A program made the position numbers and the translations under genes. The notes under the pieces were generated by a model, which was not told where the DNA came from, made no database searches, and saw only the letters and a list, made by a program, of their open reading frames with translations. From positions 76,358 through 140,357 of the forward strand of contig CAVRDX010000001.1 in assembly GCA_963719945.1 (NCBI GenBank): a stretch of DNA of 64,000 nucleotides, read 5' to 3'. Shown in pieces: positions 28,576-38,741 of the stretch; position 1 is the stretch's first letter, and each line of letters begins with the position of its first letter. This DNA is from an uncultured Thermoplasmata archaeon (lineage in GTDB: Archaea > Thermoplasmatota > Thermoplasmata > UBA10834).

Positions 28576-29304
28576 TCAATCACTGGGTTTCCGCGGACGC
28601 TTCGTGAGGAAATCTCTGATAATATCCGCGTGATCGAAGGCCATCTCTGGCAGCTGGTCGATGTCTACCCACTCAGCAGCGCTGGCATCGTCTCCGGCTC
28701 TGACGGTCCCCTTCTTCCCGCGAAGATGGTAGACTGCTGTCACGAAATGCCCTCTAGGGTCCCTATCCGGCGAGGAATAGACACCGACAAGGTCCATGAT
28801 CTCAGTCACAAGTCCCGTCTCCTCCTGCACTTCACGGACCACGCAATCCTCCAGTCTCTCCCCGTGATTCAAGAAACCACCGGGGAGCGCATGGTATCCC
28901 ATGAATGGGTCGTTCTTTCGCCTGATCAGCAGGATCTTGTCATCCCGCATCACGATCCCGTCCGCGGTCACGGAGGGCTTCTTCCAGTTGTTCTCGAACT
29001 GACTTCTCAGGTGGACGGACTTGTTCTCGTATTCTCTGAGCACCGTCTCGCCGAGTTCAGTGAGTTCCGTCTCGCCCCCATGGCTACCTCCGCGGGTCGA
29101 AGCCACGACATCTCCTCCGGCGTTCTCGGATATTCTGTGTATTATGCCCCATGCATGACGATACGACATCTCCATTTCCTTGGCGGCTTTCGAGAGTGAT
29201 TTTGTATCCTTGATGATCCTCAGGAGTTTTGCTCGGCCATCGCTGATTATGAACCTGTCATCACGAACCAGCCAGAACTTCAATCGAAGGTCGTACACGA
29301 TCAT
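28576..29304 (-). CDS. fusion protein: ModE-N/LysR-type winged HTH plus NUDIX hydrolase domain
   Basis: N-terminus LLRIIKDTKSLSKAAKEMEMSYRHAWGIIHRISENAGGDVV..TRGGSHGGETELTELG is ModE-N-like. Intact Nudix box GFLNHGERLEDCVVREVQEETGL. Lies 13 nt downstream of hutU on the same strand. Confidence 0.8.
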   Translation of the reverse strand: MIVYDLRLKFWLVRDDRFIISDGRAKLLRIIKDTKSLSKAAKEMEMSYRHAWGIIHRISENAGGDVVASTRGGSHGGETELTELGETVLREYENKSVHLRSQFENNWKKPSVTADGIVMRDDKILLIRRKNDPFMGYHALPGGFLNHGERLEDCVVREVQEETGLVTEIMDLVGVYSSPDRDPRGHFVTAVYHLRGKKGTVRAGDDASAAEWVDIDQLPEMAFDHADIIRDFLTKRPRKPSD

Positions 29305-29317
29305 ACCTCTCCGGACA

Positions 29318-30967
29318 TCACTTCATCATGGGTATCTTGACTTTGCACTTCTTTGCGACCCTGATTGCCTCTGGGTATCCTGCATCCGCGTGTCTGATGA
29401 CTCCCATGCCAGGGTCGGCTGTCAACACCCGCTCGATCTTCTCCTCAGCCTCTTTGGTCCCGTCAGCTATCACGAGCAACCCTGCGTGTGTGGAGTAGCC
29501 GATCCCCACACCACCTCCGTTGTGTATGGCGATCAGGTCGGCACCAGCGGAGGCGTTCACGAGGGCGTTCAGGAACGGCCAATCGGCAATCGCGTCGCTA
29601 CCGTCCTTCATGCCTTCGGTCTCTCTGTTCGGGGATGCGACAGAGCCGCAGTCAAGGTGGTCTCTGGTTATGACGATCGGTCCGGACAGCTCCCCGGAGC
29701 CAACCATCCTGTTTATTATCTTGCCGAACCGCGCCCTCTCCCCATATCCGAGCCAGCAGACTCTTGCAGGCAATCCCTCGAAGGGCACCTTGTCCTCCGC
29801 GAGCTTTATCCAGTTGACGAGCTGCTTGTTCTCCTTGAACTCCCTCATGACGACCTTGTCCGTCTTGAGTATGTCCTCAGGGTCTCCACTCACCGCGATC
29901 CATCTGAACGGTCCTCTGCCCTCGCAGAACATGGGTCGTATGTAAAGAGGGACGAATCCTTTGAAATCAAAGGCGTTCTCAACGCCTGCTCTCTTGGCCT
30001 GAGCCCGGATATTGTTACCGTAATCGAATACTATCGCCCCTTTCTGCATGAATCCGAGCATCGCTCTGACATGGACTCCCATGCTGTCCAGGGCCCGTTT
30101 GATATACTCCTCGGGGTCGCTCTTCCTAAGCTTAGTGGCCTGCTGTACGCTCAGCCCGCTCGGTATGTAGCCCCCAAGTTCGTCATGTGCGGAGGTCTGG
30201 TCCGTCACGACATCGGGGATGATCCCCTTCTCCAGCAAGGCTGGGTGGGTCTCGGCGCAGTTGCCCAGGAGCCCGATCGAAAGAGGTTTCTTCCGCTTCT
30301 TCGCATCGAGAGCCATTTTGACCGCATCGTCCAACCCCTCGACCAGCGTGTCGCAATATCCGATCTTGACCCTCCGCTCTATCCTCTTGCGGTCGCACTC
30401 GACCGCGATGCACACTCCGCCGTTCATGGTGACGGCGAGAGGTTGTGCGCCTCCCATCCCGCCAAGGCCGCCTGTAAGGACTAGCCGTCCCTTCAGGTCA
30501 TCTCTGAAATTCTTCTTGGCACATTCAGCGAATGTCTCGTATGTGCCTTGGAGTATGCCCTGCGTACCGATGTACGCCCATCCTCCAGCGGTCATCTGGC
30601 CATACATGATGAGTCCCTTCGCCTCCAGCTTGTGGAACTCCTCCCAAGTGGACCATCGGGGTACTAGATGGGCGTTTGCGATGAGCACTCTGGGAGCCAG
30701 CTTATGCGTCCTGAAGACGCCGACAGGCTTCCCTGACTGGACTAGCATTGTCTCGTCGTCTTCCAGTTCCTTCAAGGTGCGGACTATGGCGTCGTAGCAA
30801 TTCCAGTTCCGGGCGGCCTTCCCGGTGCCTCCGTATATTATGAGGTCCTCAGGCTTCTCGGCGTTCTCCAGGTTGTTCTGGAGCATCCGGAGTATGGCCT
30901 CCTGCCTCCACCCCTTGCAGACCCTGCTATTCCCCCTTCTAGCCTTCACCTTGGTCATTCGACTCAT
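29318..30967 (-). CDS. hutU: urocanate hydratase
   Basis: 549 aa. [54 protein letters not shown] are hallmark urocanase blocks. Confidence 0.95.
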   Translation of the reverse strand: MSRMTKVKARRGNSRVCKGWRQEAILRMLQNNLENAEKPEDLIIYGGTGKAARNWNCYDAIVRTLKELEDDETMLVQSGKPVGVFRTHKLAPRVLIANAHLVPRWSTWEEFHKLEAKGLIMYGQMTAGGWAYIGTQGILQGTYETFAECAKKNFRDDLKGRLVLTGGLGGMGGAQPLAVTMNGGVCIAVECDRKRIERRVKIGYCDTLVEGLDDAVKMALDAKKRKKPLSIGLLGNCAETHPALLEKGIIPDVVTDQTSAHDELGGYIPSGLSVQQATKLRKSDPEEYIKRALDSMGVHVRAMLGFMQKGAIVFDYGNNIRAQAKRAGVENAFDFKGFVPLYIRPMFCEGRGPFRWIAVSGDPEDILKTDKVVMREFKENKQLVNWIKLAEDKVPFEGLPARVCWLGYGERARFGKIINRMVGSGELSGPIVITRDHLDCGSVASPNRETEGMKDGSDAIADWPFLNALVNASAGADLIAIHNGGGVGIGYSTHAGLLVIADGTKEAEEKIERVLTADPGMGVIRHADAGYPEAIRVAKKCKVKIPMMK

Positions 30968-31049
30968 CTACTACAGACCTTTTCATCGATAATAGGCTTT
31001 TCTTGACTTCCATGGCAGGCTTTATCATAGAGGCCGTGTATGCGAGCGG

Positions 31050-32063
31050 TTGAAGATGTTCAAAATACCCACGGTCCTCACGGCGGACGAGATACTGGAT
31101 AAGGCCTTCAAGAAGGCCTCCAAAGTCGATCTCAGCAGCGTAACCAAGTTGGAGACTGTGAGGGAGATCAACATTGCCAAGCTCAAGAGCTCCAGTGACA
31201 CCATTGTGAGCACGATGGGGAAGTACGTCAAGGCGTTCCCCAGCATCGAGCAGCTGAGCCCGTTCTATAACCAGTTGATAGATGTGACGATCGGCAAGGA
31301 CCAGCTCAGGAAATCATTGGGCGCGATTGACTGGAGCAGGGGCCAGGTGGCTAGGGTATCCAAGGACGCGGTCCGAAGAGTGGCAGTCGCGAGGAAGATG
31401 GGTGAGATCGACGAGATCCGAAGGGGCGCATATGGCCGGATATCATCGGTCGTGAAGCAGGTCGGCAAGGATCTGAAGTTCCTCGCCAATGCCAGGAACA
31501 TCATACGAAAGTTCCCGACGATCGAGCCCGCGGTGCCGACCATCGTGATCGCAGGCGCTCCGAATGTGGGGAAGAGTCAACTCATAGGCAGGATATCGAC
31601 CGCCAAGCCGAGGGTGGCTGTGTATCCGTTCACTACACAGGAGGTGTCCGTCGGCGCCTTCGAGAAACGGTATATCCGATATCAGGTGATAGACACCCCA
31701 GGTCTGCTCGACCGTCCTCTCAACGAGAGGAATCCGATAGAGCTCAGGGCTGTGCTCGCGCTGAAGTATCTTGCAGATGTGATAGTCTTCATAATGGACC
31801 CTTCTGAGACATGTGGATACCGTGTCGATGAGCAGGAGCGCATACTTGAGACCATCAGATCGGAGTTCGGTGACATACCGATCATTATTGCGGAAAACAA
31901 ATCCGATGTCCTTGTGACCGAGACCGATCGTCCAAAGATATCTGCCGAAACAGGCGAGGGTGTGCCAGAGCTCGTCGATTCGGTTGTGGATGAATTAAAG
32001 AAGAGAAGTGGTTTGGAGGGGCCCTTGACAGGGCACCTCGGTTCTAAAGGACTTTCATCCTAG
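31050..32063 (+). CDS. NOG1-family GTP-binding protein
   Basis: N-terminal NOG1-type helical region, then G motifs GAPNVGKS, DTPGLLD, ENKSD. Confidence 0.85.
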   Translation: MKMFKIPTVLTADEILDKAFKKASKVDLSSVTKLETVREINIAKLKSSSDTIVSTMGKYVKAFPSIEQLSPFYNQLIDVTIGKDQLRKSLGAIDWSRGQVARVSKDAVRRVAVARKMGEIDEIRRGAYGRISSVVKQVGKDLKFLANARNIIRKFPTIEPAVPTIVIAGAPNVGKSQLIGRISTAKPRVAVYPFTTQEVSVGAFEKRYIRYQVIDTPGLLDRPLNERNPIELRAVLALKYLADVIVFIMDPSETCGYRVDEQERILETIRSEFGDIPIIIAENKSDVLVTETDRPKISAETGEGVPELVDSVVDELKKRSGLEGPLTGHLGSKGLSS

Positions 32064-32066
32064 CGC

Positions 32067-32537
32067 TCATCTGGCGGAGAATCTCACATTTACTCGGGAT
32101 CCTTCAGAGACACCGAGCTTCTCTAGATCCGCATGCGACACGTGGATTTCTTCACGGTCTGCAGACTTCGCTGGCTCGACGCGGACTTCTGTCTTCATGT
32201 CTTTGTTTATCAGATGTGCGTGTTGTCCAGATTGGAGACCGTGCATCTTCAGGAGTTCTTCGTGCAATCGCACGACTCCCGATGAGAGATCCTTTGCTTC
32301 TTTTGCACGCAGTCTCCTCGTTGCCATGTAAGCTCCGGAGAGCGATTCGTTCTCCCTCTTCAGCTCTTGGGAGACCAATCTCCGGAGTTCCTCTGTGGAG
32401 AGCCCTTCCGAGGGTGTTATCCTCTCAGTTACCCTGCGGGCAACCTCCTCGCTCGCGCCTGCTCTCCTCACGGATTGCTCCAGCTTCCGCTTGTCAAATT
32501 CCTGCATCTCGCCAGAACGCTTCCTTATCTTTGCCAA
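32067..32537 (-). CDS. ATP-cone domain protein with a C-terminal Cdc48-N/double-psi-barrel-like region
   Basis: The N-terminus KIRKRSGEMQEFDKRKLEQSVRRAGASEEVARRV is ATP-cone-like. The C-terminus VRLHEELLKMHGLQSGQHAHL...IHVSHADLEKLGVSEGSRVNVR resembles VAT-N type barrels; that part is weak. Confidence 0.6.
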   Translation of the reverse strand: MAKIRKRSGEMQEFDKRKLEQSVRRAGASEEVARRVTERITPSEGLSTEELRRLVSQELKRENESLSGAYMATRRLRAKEAKDLSSGVVRLHEELLKMHGLQSGQHAHLINKDMKTEVRVEPAKSADREEIHVSHADLEKLGVSEGSRVNVRFSAR

Positions 32538-32753
32538 TTTCTCACCTCCCCATCGTTCTATGCTGCCTCATCTGTATTAATTATTATGACGTTCGGAGGC
32601 GTTTCTCGTCAGCAAGGCTTATAGTCAGATGCAATGATTATCGTCTGGGATCGCACCTAGCCATCCATTCTGCGGAGATGGTTCTTCCAAGCTCCGCACC
32701 AGTCATTCAGTAAGGGGGAGCAGCACACGGCTGGAGTCATATGCAGCGAATCA

Positions 32754-35700
32754 ATGGAGGAGTACTTCTCATCGCTTCAGAAGGCGGTAGACCATTGCTA
32801 CGACGTCGCTAGGCGCGCGAGGATGAAGGCTTTCGACCCCGAGCTCGATGTCGAGATACCGCAGGCCTCGGACCTTGCTGCTCGTGTCGAGAAACTCTTA
32901 TCCGACTGGGATGTCGAAGGAGTCGCCGACCGTATCAGGGAGCTGGCGAGAGACCACAACAGGGAGGAGATATCCCTCATCATCGCGAAAGAATACGCGA
33001 AGATGCCTGCGAAGACGGCCGAGTTCGCGATAGAACGCGCGATCAGGGTGGGGTTGGCCGTCCTCACTGAAGGTATACTTGTCGCCCCTCTCGAAGGCAT
33101 AGCCGAGGTCTCCATAAACAAGAACGCCGACGGGTCGGATTATCTGACGGTATTCTTCGCTGGCCCTATCCGATCTGCAGGTGGGACCGGTCAGGCCATG
33201 AGCGTTCTCATTGCAGATGTCGTCCGTCGCGAGCTAGGGATCGGCAGATACCTGCCGACCAACGGTGAAGTCCAGAGGCTAAAGGAGGAGATTCCTCTCT
33301 ACAAGTCCTGCCAGCATCTCCAATACACCCCTTCCAACGAGGAGATCGACATCATAACCAAGAACATACCGATCTGCGTCGACGGTGAAGGGACGGAGGA
33401 CGAGGAGATACAGGGCTTCAGGGACCAACCCCGCATAGCCACCAACCGGGTTAGGGGCGGAGCGTGTCTCGTCATCGCCGAGGGGATGTGTCTCAAGGCG
33501 CCGAAGATCCAGAAACACGTCAAGCGTCTGGCCATCGACGGATGGGAGTTCATCGATGAATACGTGAACTTGAGGAAGAAAGGCCAAGAGACCGATGGCT
33601 CCGGGATCTCGCCGAGCGTGAAGTTCCTGAAGGACCTCATCGCCGGGAGGCCGGTCCTGTCATATCCGTCCCGGGTCGGTGGTTTCAGGCTGCGATACGG
33701 TCGAACGAGGGCGACGGGGTTGGCCGCAATCGCCATGAATCCTGCTACCATGATAATGCTGGATGAATTCGTTGCCATAGGCACTCAGATCAAGATCGAA
33801 CGGCCAGGCAAAGCAGGCGCGATCACCCCATGTTCGGCGATCGATGGACCGATAGTCCTGTTATACAATGGTGATGTCGTGTATGTCCCGACCGTCTCCA
33901 AAGCCCGCTCCCTGATGGGCCAGGTGAAGGAGATAATCGATGTTGGGGAGATACTGATACCTTTCGGGGAGTTCGTCGAGAACAACCATCTTCTCATGCC
34001 TTCGGGGTACACGATCGATTGGCACGGGGAGGAACTGCGGGAGAAATGCGGCAAACTCCCGATTGGATGGGAGGTGTTTTCTCTGGATGAGGCCATGCGC
34101 ATGTGCAGGGAATACAAGGTCCCTCTACATCCCAATTACAACCTGTTCTGGTATGATCTCCCTCCAACGGACGTGCTCTTCCTTCGCAATCATCTGATGC
34201 AGAATTCTGAGTTCACGGATGGAGCGTTGTTCGTGAAGGATGGGGAGCGGGTGAAGAGCCTCCTCGAGAGCCTGGGCGTGCTCCACAAGGTTGTCGCCGG
34301 CGGATACAAGGTGGAGGAATCCACCGGTTCATTGATGCTCGGTCTCGGACTGGAGGACAAAGGCGGACGATTGGTCGGAAATGGCAATGAAGTGCCATCG
34401 AGCGAGAAAACGATGGAGATCGTGTCAGCTCTGGCAGGGGTGGAGATACGCCCGAAGGCTGTGACACGGATAGGTGCTCGGGTGGCTAGACCTGAGAAGG
34501 CGAGGGAGAGACGGATGAAACCGCCACCCCATTGTCTATTCCCTGTGGGCATAGCTGGCGGCCAGCAACGGATGATAAACGATGCTGCGCAGGCGGGTGA
34601 GCTCAGGGTGGAGCTGGGTGAGCGGATCTGTGCCACATGTGGGGCGAAGGGGTTCATGTCCAAATGCAGGTGTGGGGCCCACACGACCCAGACTGGAGAG
34701 ACCTCGCTGCAGTCGGTGCCTCTCGCGGATATGCTTCAGAGGGCCTTCGACGCGGTTCAGATGAAGCGTCCGGTGGATGTGAAAGGCGTCCAAGGCATGA
34801 TATCGAAGTGCAAGACGCCTGAGTGTCTGGAGAAAGGAGTCCTGAGGGCAAAGCACGACCTCTTCGTGTTCAAGGACGGAACCATCAGGGTGGATGCCAC
34901 GGATGTTCCGATCACTCATTTCAGGCTATCTGAGATAGCGCTCAGCGTGGAAGCGGCCCATATGCTGGGATATGTTAAAGACATCTCAGGGAACGAGATC
35001 AAGAGCCCGGACCAGCTGGTCGAGATAAAGGTCCAGGACGTCATCATACCCAACTCGTGCGTGGACTACATGATGGCGACAGCACGATTCATAGACGATC
35101 TACTGGATCGATTCTACGGCATCGAGCCGTTCTACAGGATATTCAGGAAGCAGGACATGATAGGCCATCTCGTGGTCGGACTTGCCCCACACACATCTGG
35201 TGGAGTCCTGTCCAGGATCATAGGATTCACGGATGCGCACGTAGGGTACGCGCACCCATTCTTCCATGCTGCCAAGAGGCGCAACTGCGACGGGGACGAG
35301 GACTCAATCATCATGCTGATGGATTGCCTCCTCAACTTCTCCCGCGCCTTCCTTCCGGAGCGACGCGGCGGGCTGATGGATGCCCCGTTGGTCCTTACGA
35401 CCAAGCTGGACCCGAACGAGATCGACAAGGAGGCCCACAACATCGACGTGTCCTCCAGATACCCGCTGGAATTCTTCAGGGCCACTCAGAGATATGCCCA
35501 CCCGAAGGAGGTGGAGTCCTTCATGGATCTGGTTGGCAGCAGGATCGGAACAGTCCTTCAGTACGAGGGCTTGGGGTTCACGCATGATGTCGACGACATC
35601 TCCGAAGGGCCGGTCACATCGGCCTATACCTCCTTGGAGACCATGGACGAGAAGCTCGATGCCCAGATGGCCCTTGGCGTGAGGATACGCGCAGTCGATG

Positions 35701-36035
35701 TGAACGATGTGGCTCACAGGGTGATCACACGACATCTCCTGCCGGACATACAGGGCAGCTTGAAGAGGTTCACGGGACAGACCCTTCGATGCCCAAAGTG
35801 CCATGCCAAGTATCGACGGATACCTTTGAAGGGCACATGCTACTGCGGTCACAAACTGACTCTCACGGTCTACGAGGCCGGCGTGAGCAAGTACCTGGAA
35901 AAGGCCAAATCGATGGGGGCGACCTTCAATATCCCGCCCTACACGCTCCAGAGGATAACCTTGCTGGAGAGCGCGATAAATTCGTTGTTCCAATCAGATA
36001 AGGTGAAAAACGCGAAGCTGGACGAGTTCCTGTAG
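32754..36035 (+). CDS. polC: DNA polymerase II (PolD) large subunit DP2
   Basis: 1093 aa. Its size and conserved blocks (FAGPIRSAGGTGQA, GRPVLSYPSRVGGFRLRYGR, HTSGGVLSRIIGF, KRRNCDGDEDSIIML, C-terminal Zn motifs CPKC...CYCGH) identify DP2. No intein-sized insertion. Confidence 0.95.
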   Translation: MEEYFSSLQKAVDHCYDVARRARMKAFDPELDVEIPQASDLAARVEKLLSDWDVEGVADRIRELARDHNREEISLIIAKEYAKMPAKTAEFAIERAIRVGLAVLTEGILVAPLEGIAEVSINKNADGSDYLTVFFAGPIRSAGGTGQAMSVLIADVVRRELGIGRYLPTNGEVQRLKEEIPLYKSCQHLQYTPSNEEIDIITKNIPICVDGEGTEDEEIQGFRDQPRIATNRVRGGACLVIAEGMCLKAPKIQKHVKRLAIDGWEFIDEYVNLRKKGQETDGSGISPSVKFLKDLIAGRPVLSYPSRVGGFRLRYGRTRATGLAAIAMNPATMIMLDEFVAIGTQIKIERPGKAGAITPCSAIDGPIVLLYNGDVVYVPTVSKARSLMGQVKEIIDVGEILIPFGEFVENNHLLMPSGYTIDWHGEELREKCGKLPIGWEVFSLDEAMRMCREYKVPLHPNYNLFWYDLPPTDVLFLRNHLMQNSEFTDGALFVKDGERVKSLLESLGVLHKVVAGGYKVEESTGSLMLGLGLEDKGGRLVGNGNEVPSSEKTMEIVSALAGVEIRPKAVTRIGARVARPEKARERRMKPPPHCLFPVGIAGGQQRMINDAAQAGELRVELGERICATCGAKGFMSKCRCGAHTTQTGETSLQSVPLADMLQRAFDAVQMKRPVDVKGVQGMISKCKTPECLEKGVLRAKHDLFVFKDGTIRVDATDVPITHFRLSEIALSVEAAHMLGYVKDISGNEIKSPDQLVEIKVQDVIIPNSCVDYMMATARFIDDLLDRFYGIEPFYRIFRKQDMIGHLVVGLAPHTSGGVLSRIIGFTDAHVGYAHPFFHAAKRRNCDGDEDSIIMLMDCLLNFSRAFLPERRGGLMDAPLVLTTKLDPNEIDKEAHNIDVSSRYPLEFFRATQRYAHPKEVESFMDLVGSRIGTVLQYEGLGFTHDVDDISEGPVTSAYTSLETMDEKLDAQMALGVRIRAVDVNDVAHRVITRHLLPDIQGSLKRFTGQTLRCPKCHAKYRRIPLKGTCYCGHKLTLTVYEAGVSKYLEKAKSMGATFNIPPYTLQRITLLESAINSLFQSDKVKNAKLDEFL

Positions 36036-36043
36036 GCAGGATC

Positions 36044-36886
36044 TCATTCTTCCAGCTTGGCTATCTGTTCTCTGAGGGTTTCGAAGCGCTCCTCGAGGAT
36101 CTTCAGACCCTTTATGAGCACTTCCTTCGCGAGAAGCGAACCGTCCGTCTCGAACCTGAAGATTATCTTGCTGGGATCGCCGGAGACCTTGATAACGCCT
36201 GTGTCGCAGACCTCTGTGCATGCGTTGCACAGGTTGCAGTTCTCCGGGTTCTTGATGACGATCTTCTTGTCCTCCTTCACGAGCACGCCTCTGGGGCATA
36301 CACTCACGCAAGACATCCCGGTGTCGCACTTCGAGTGGTCTATCTCGATCTTAGCGTAATATCTGTAACCAGCACCGAGGGCAGCCTGCCACCTGGCGTG
36401 CTGTCTACCGGTCCCGAGCTCAGCCGTTGCGTATATCAGCAAGGCCTGGTCGTCTGCGAGCTTGACGATCGGTATGAGGTCGTCCTTTACTCTGTACTTC
36501 TCGCTGCCTATCGGCTCAAGGTCGCCACTGTACACGGTGCATGGCCCCTTCTTGTTCAGGGAGTACATTACCGTGCAGCTCGGACAGCCTTCTCCGTTGC
36601 AGCTGCACTTGGACCTGTATATGAACATATCCAGATCGGTCGGTACCGGTACGAGGGACAACCTGTGTGCCAATATCTCATCGAAAAGCGGGGATATGCT
36701 CTCGTAAGCCGTCCCACCCTCGTCCATGATCGGTCCAAGGTGGAATTCGACATTGTCTATCGCCATCTTGGGGACATCGGATACGATCGTCCTTCTGAGC
36801 GCGTTCACGAACATCGGGTTCGTGTCGCTTATCACGAGTTGCGCCTTTGTCGGCGTCATCTCAAGTATATCGATCTTCATCTGCAA
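36044..36886 (-). CDS. rpoD: DNA-directed RNA polymerase subunit D (Rpo3) with ferredoxin-like 4Fe-4S domain
   Basis: 280 aa. FVNALRRTI..DVP motif. Cys clusters CDTGMSCVSVCP and CNLCNACTEVC. Follows S11, as in archaeal alpha operons. Confidence 0.9.
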   Translation of the reverse strand: MQMKIDILEMTPTKAQLVISDTNPMFVNALRRTIVSDVPKMAIDNVEFHLGPIMDEGGTAYESISPLFDEILAHRLSLVPVPTDLDMFIYRSKCSCNGEGCPSCTVMYSLNKKGPCTVYSGDLEPIGSEKYRVKDDLIPIVKLADDQALLIYATAELGTGRQHARWQAALGAGYRYYAKIEIDHSKCDTGMSCVSVCPRGVLVKEDKKIVIKNPENCNLCNACTEVCDTGVIKVSGDPSKIIFRFETDGSLLAKEVLIKGLKILEERFETLREQIAKLEE

Positions 36887-36889
36887 CCA

Positions 36890-37273
36890 CTATACCCTTC
36901 GGCCCCTTCTTCCGCCTTTCTTCTTGGTTCCATCGTGCGGAACGGGTGTGACATCCTCTATCCTGCCTATGCGCAGGCCGGCCCTCGCTAGCCCTCTTAT
37001 CGCCGCCTGTGCGCCAGGTCCAGGGGAAGTCGATCTGTTCCCTCCAGGTGCCCTGACTTTGACATGGATGCTATCGATGCCCTTCTCCTTGGCTATGTCG
37101 GCCACCTTCTCGGCTGCCTTCATGGCGGCGTATGGTGACGCTTCATCCTTTGCGGCCTTGACGACCATTCCTCCGGTCGCCTTGGTTATGGTCTCGGCAC
37201 CGGTGATGTCCGTGACCGTGATTATGATGTTATTGTAGCTCGCATAGACATGAGCTATTCCCCATTTGCCCAT
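36890..37273 (-). CDS. rps11: 30S ribosomal protein S11 (uS11)
   Basis: From ATG 37273: [25 protein letters not shown].... Choosing this start removes the overlap with S4, whose stop is at 37278-37280. Confidence 0.92.
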   Translation of the reverse strand: MGKWGIAHVYASYNNIIITVTDITGAETITKATGGMVVKAAKDEASPYAAMKAAEKVADIAKEKGIDSIHVKVRAPGGNRSTSPGPGAQAAIRGLARAGLRIGRIEDVTPVPHDGTKKKGGRRGRRV

Positions 37274-37277
37274 CGAT

Positions 37278-37982
37278 TCACTTCTCCTCTTCTGCGGGTT
37301 CATCGGCCTCAACGGCATCGATGTCCGCGCCTTCCTTCTCCTTCTCCTCCTTCAGCTCTTCCTTGAGGATCTTCTTGAGCTTAGGCTTGGCTACCTTGAT
37401 CTCGTCCTTCGCCTCTTCCCTCTTGGCCATGGCGGCCTCTCTGATCCTCGGGAGGTCTTCCTCCTTTGGTCTGACGGGGTGAAGTTCGTTGGCGATCGGG
37501 GAGGTTTCATGATATGTCATCTGGTCCTCCTCGTTCCTCTTGACCATGTATCCTGGTATGGTGACCTTCCTGCCGGCGATGGACGCGTGCCCGTGCACGA
37601 TGAACTGCCTCGCCTGCTTGGGGGTGTACGCCAGCCCCTTCCTGTATATCAGGGTCTGGAAGCGCCTCGAAAGCACTTCCTCGGTGTTGAGCGCAAGAAC
37701 GTCATTGAGTGTGGCCTCGGGTGGAAGCAACGCCAACCTCGCGCATCGCGCAAGCAGCTGCTTCGTCTCTATCTCGGCCTGTTTGTCCCCGGTCCTCAGC
37801 CTCGCCTGGAGATCCCTGCTCTGAGTCCTGAGCCTCCTCACGAGTGACTGGGCACGCCAGAGCTCCCTCTTGTTTTTGAGGCCGTACTTCATGATCAAGT
37901 CGTTTTCCGCCTTGATCCGCTCCCCTTCCCATGGATGGGATGGGGTTTCATACTTCTTCTTTGAAAATTTAGGATCGCCCAT
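37278..37982 (-). CDS. rps4: 30S ribosomal protein S4 (uS4) with a roughly 55-aa K/E-rich C-terminal extension
   Basis: The [23 protein letters not shown]... core is typical archaeal uS4. The tail reads ...[45 protein letters not shown]. Confidence 0.92.
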   Translation of the reverse strand: MGDPKFSKKKYETPSHPWEGERIKAENDLIMKYGLKNKRELWRAQSLVRRLRTQSRDLQARLRTGDKQAEIETKQLLARCARLALLPPEATLNDVLALNTEEVLSRRFQTLIYRKGLAYTPKQARQFIVHGHASIAGRKVTIPGYMVKRNEEDQMTYHETSPIANELHPVRPKEEDLPRIREAAMAKREEAKDEIKVAKPKLKKILKEELKEEKEKEGADIDAVEADEPAEEEK

Positions 37983-37990
37983 CAGTCACA

Positions 37991-38567
37991 CTACTCCTTA
38001 GCTGGAGCCGCGGCGGGGCTCTCCTTCTTTCTCATGACACCCATGGTCATTCCGGTCCTGCCATTCGCTCTCGACCTCTGGCCCCGGACTTTCTGACCCT
38101 GTTCATGTCTTATGCCCTTGTAGCATCTGATCATTCTCATGACATTGATGTCGTCCCTTCTGTAGAGGTCGACGTCGATTCCAACCAGGTGTAGGTCCGC
38201 GCCCGAGGACCAGTCGTTCTGTCTGTTGGTCATCCAGTGCGGTACCTTCTCCGAGTATTCGGTTATGAGCTTCTCGAGTTCGGCCGTCTTCTCCTCTGGG
38301 AGATCGCCGATCTTGACAGTTCTTCGGTATGCCTGCCATCCTGGCGATGATCTCAGCCGTTCTAAGGCCAATGCCCTTGACGGCTGTCAGCGCGATGACG
38401 ATGTCCTTCCTGCCATCCGCGTCGGTGTTCACCAGTCTAACTATGTACCTGAAATTCTCGTCCCTCTTCTCCTTGTCAACTGAGGGCTTCTTTTCGGCCT
38501 TAGACTCGGCCTGCTTACTCTTCTCCTTCTTTTCACCCTTCTGCTTGGGTTCTTTCTGTTCTGGCAA
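37991..38567 (-). CDS. rps13: 30S ribosomal protein S13 (uS13), interrupted by an apparent 1-nt insertion near 38318; K/E-rich N-terminal extension
   Basis: The N-terminal half (ENFRYIVRLVNTDADGRKDIVIALTAVKGIGLRTAEIIARMAGIPKN) is in one frame. The C-terminal half (VKIGDLPEEKTAELEKLI...CYKGIRHEQGQKVRGQRSRANGR) is in the +1 frame. TTG start 38567 follows GGAGGT. Confidence 0.85.
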
Positions 38568-38741
38568 ACAGCGACCTCCACGGTAGCATGGCTCTAAACC
38601 GGCTGTTCCGGTCCCCAGACCAATCAATATGCATAGTCTGGAGAGCAAATCCCCCACACACTAAGGTGTATAAAACATTTATGCTCGCGCACTCTGGCCG
38701 GTTAGGTACTTGCGCAGACATGCCAGCATATCCTTGACGGG

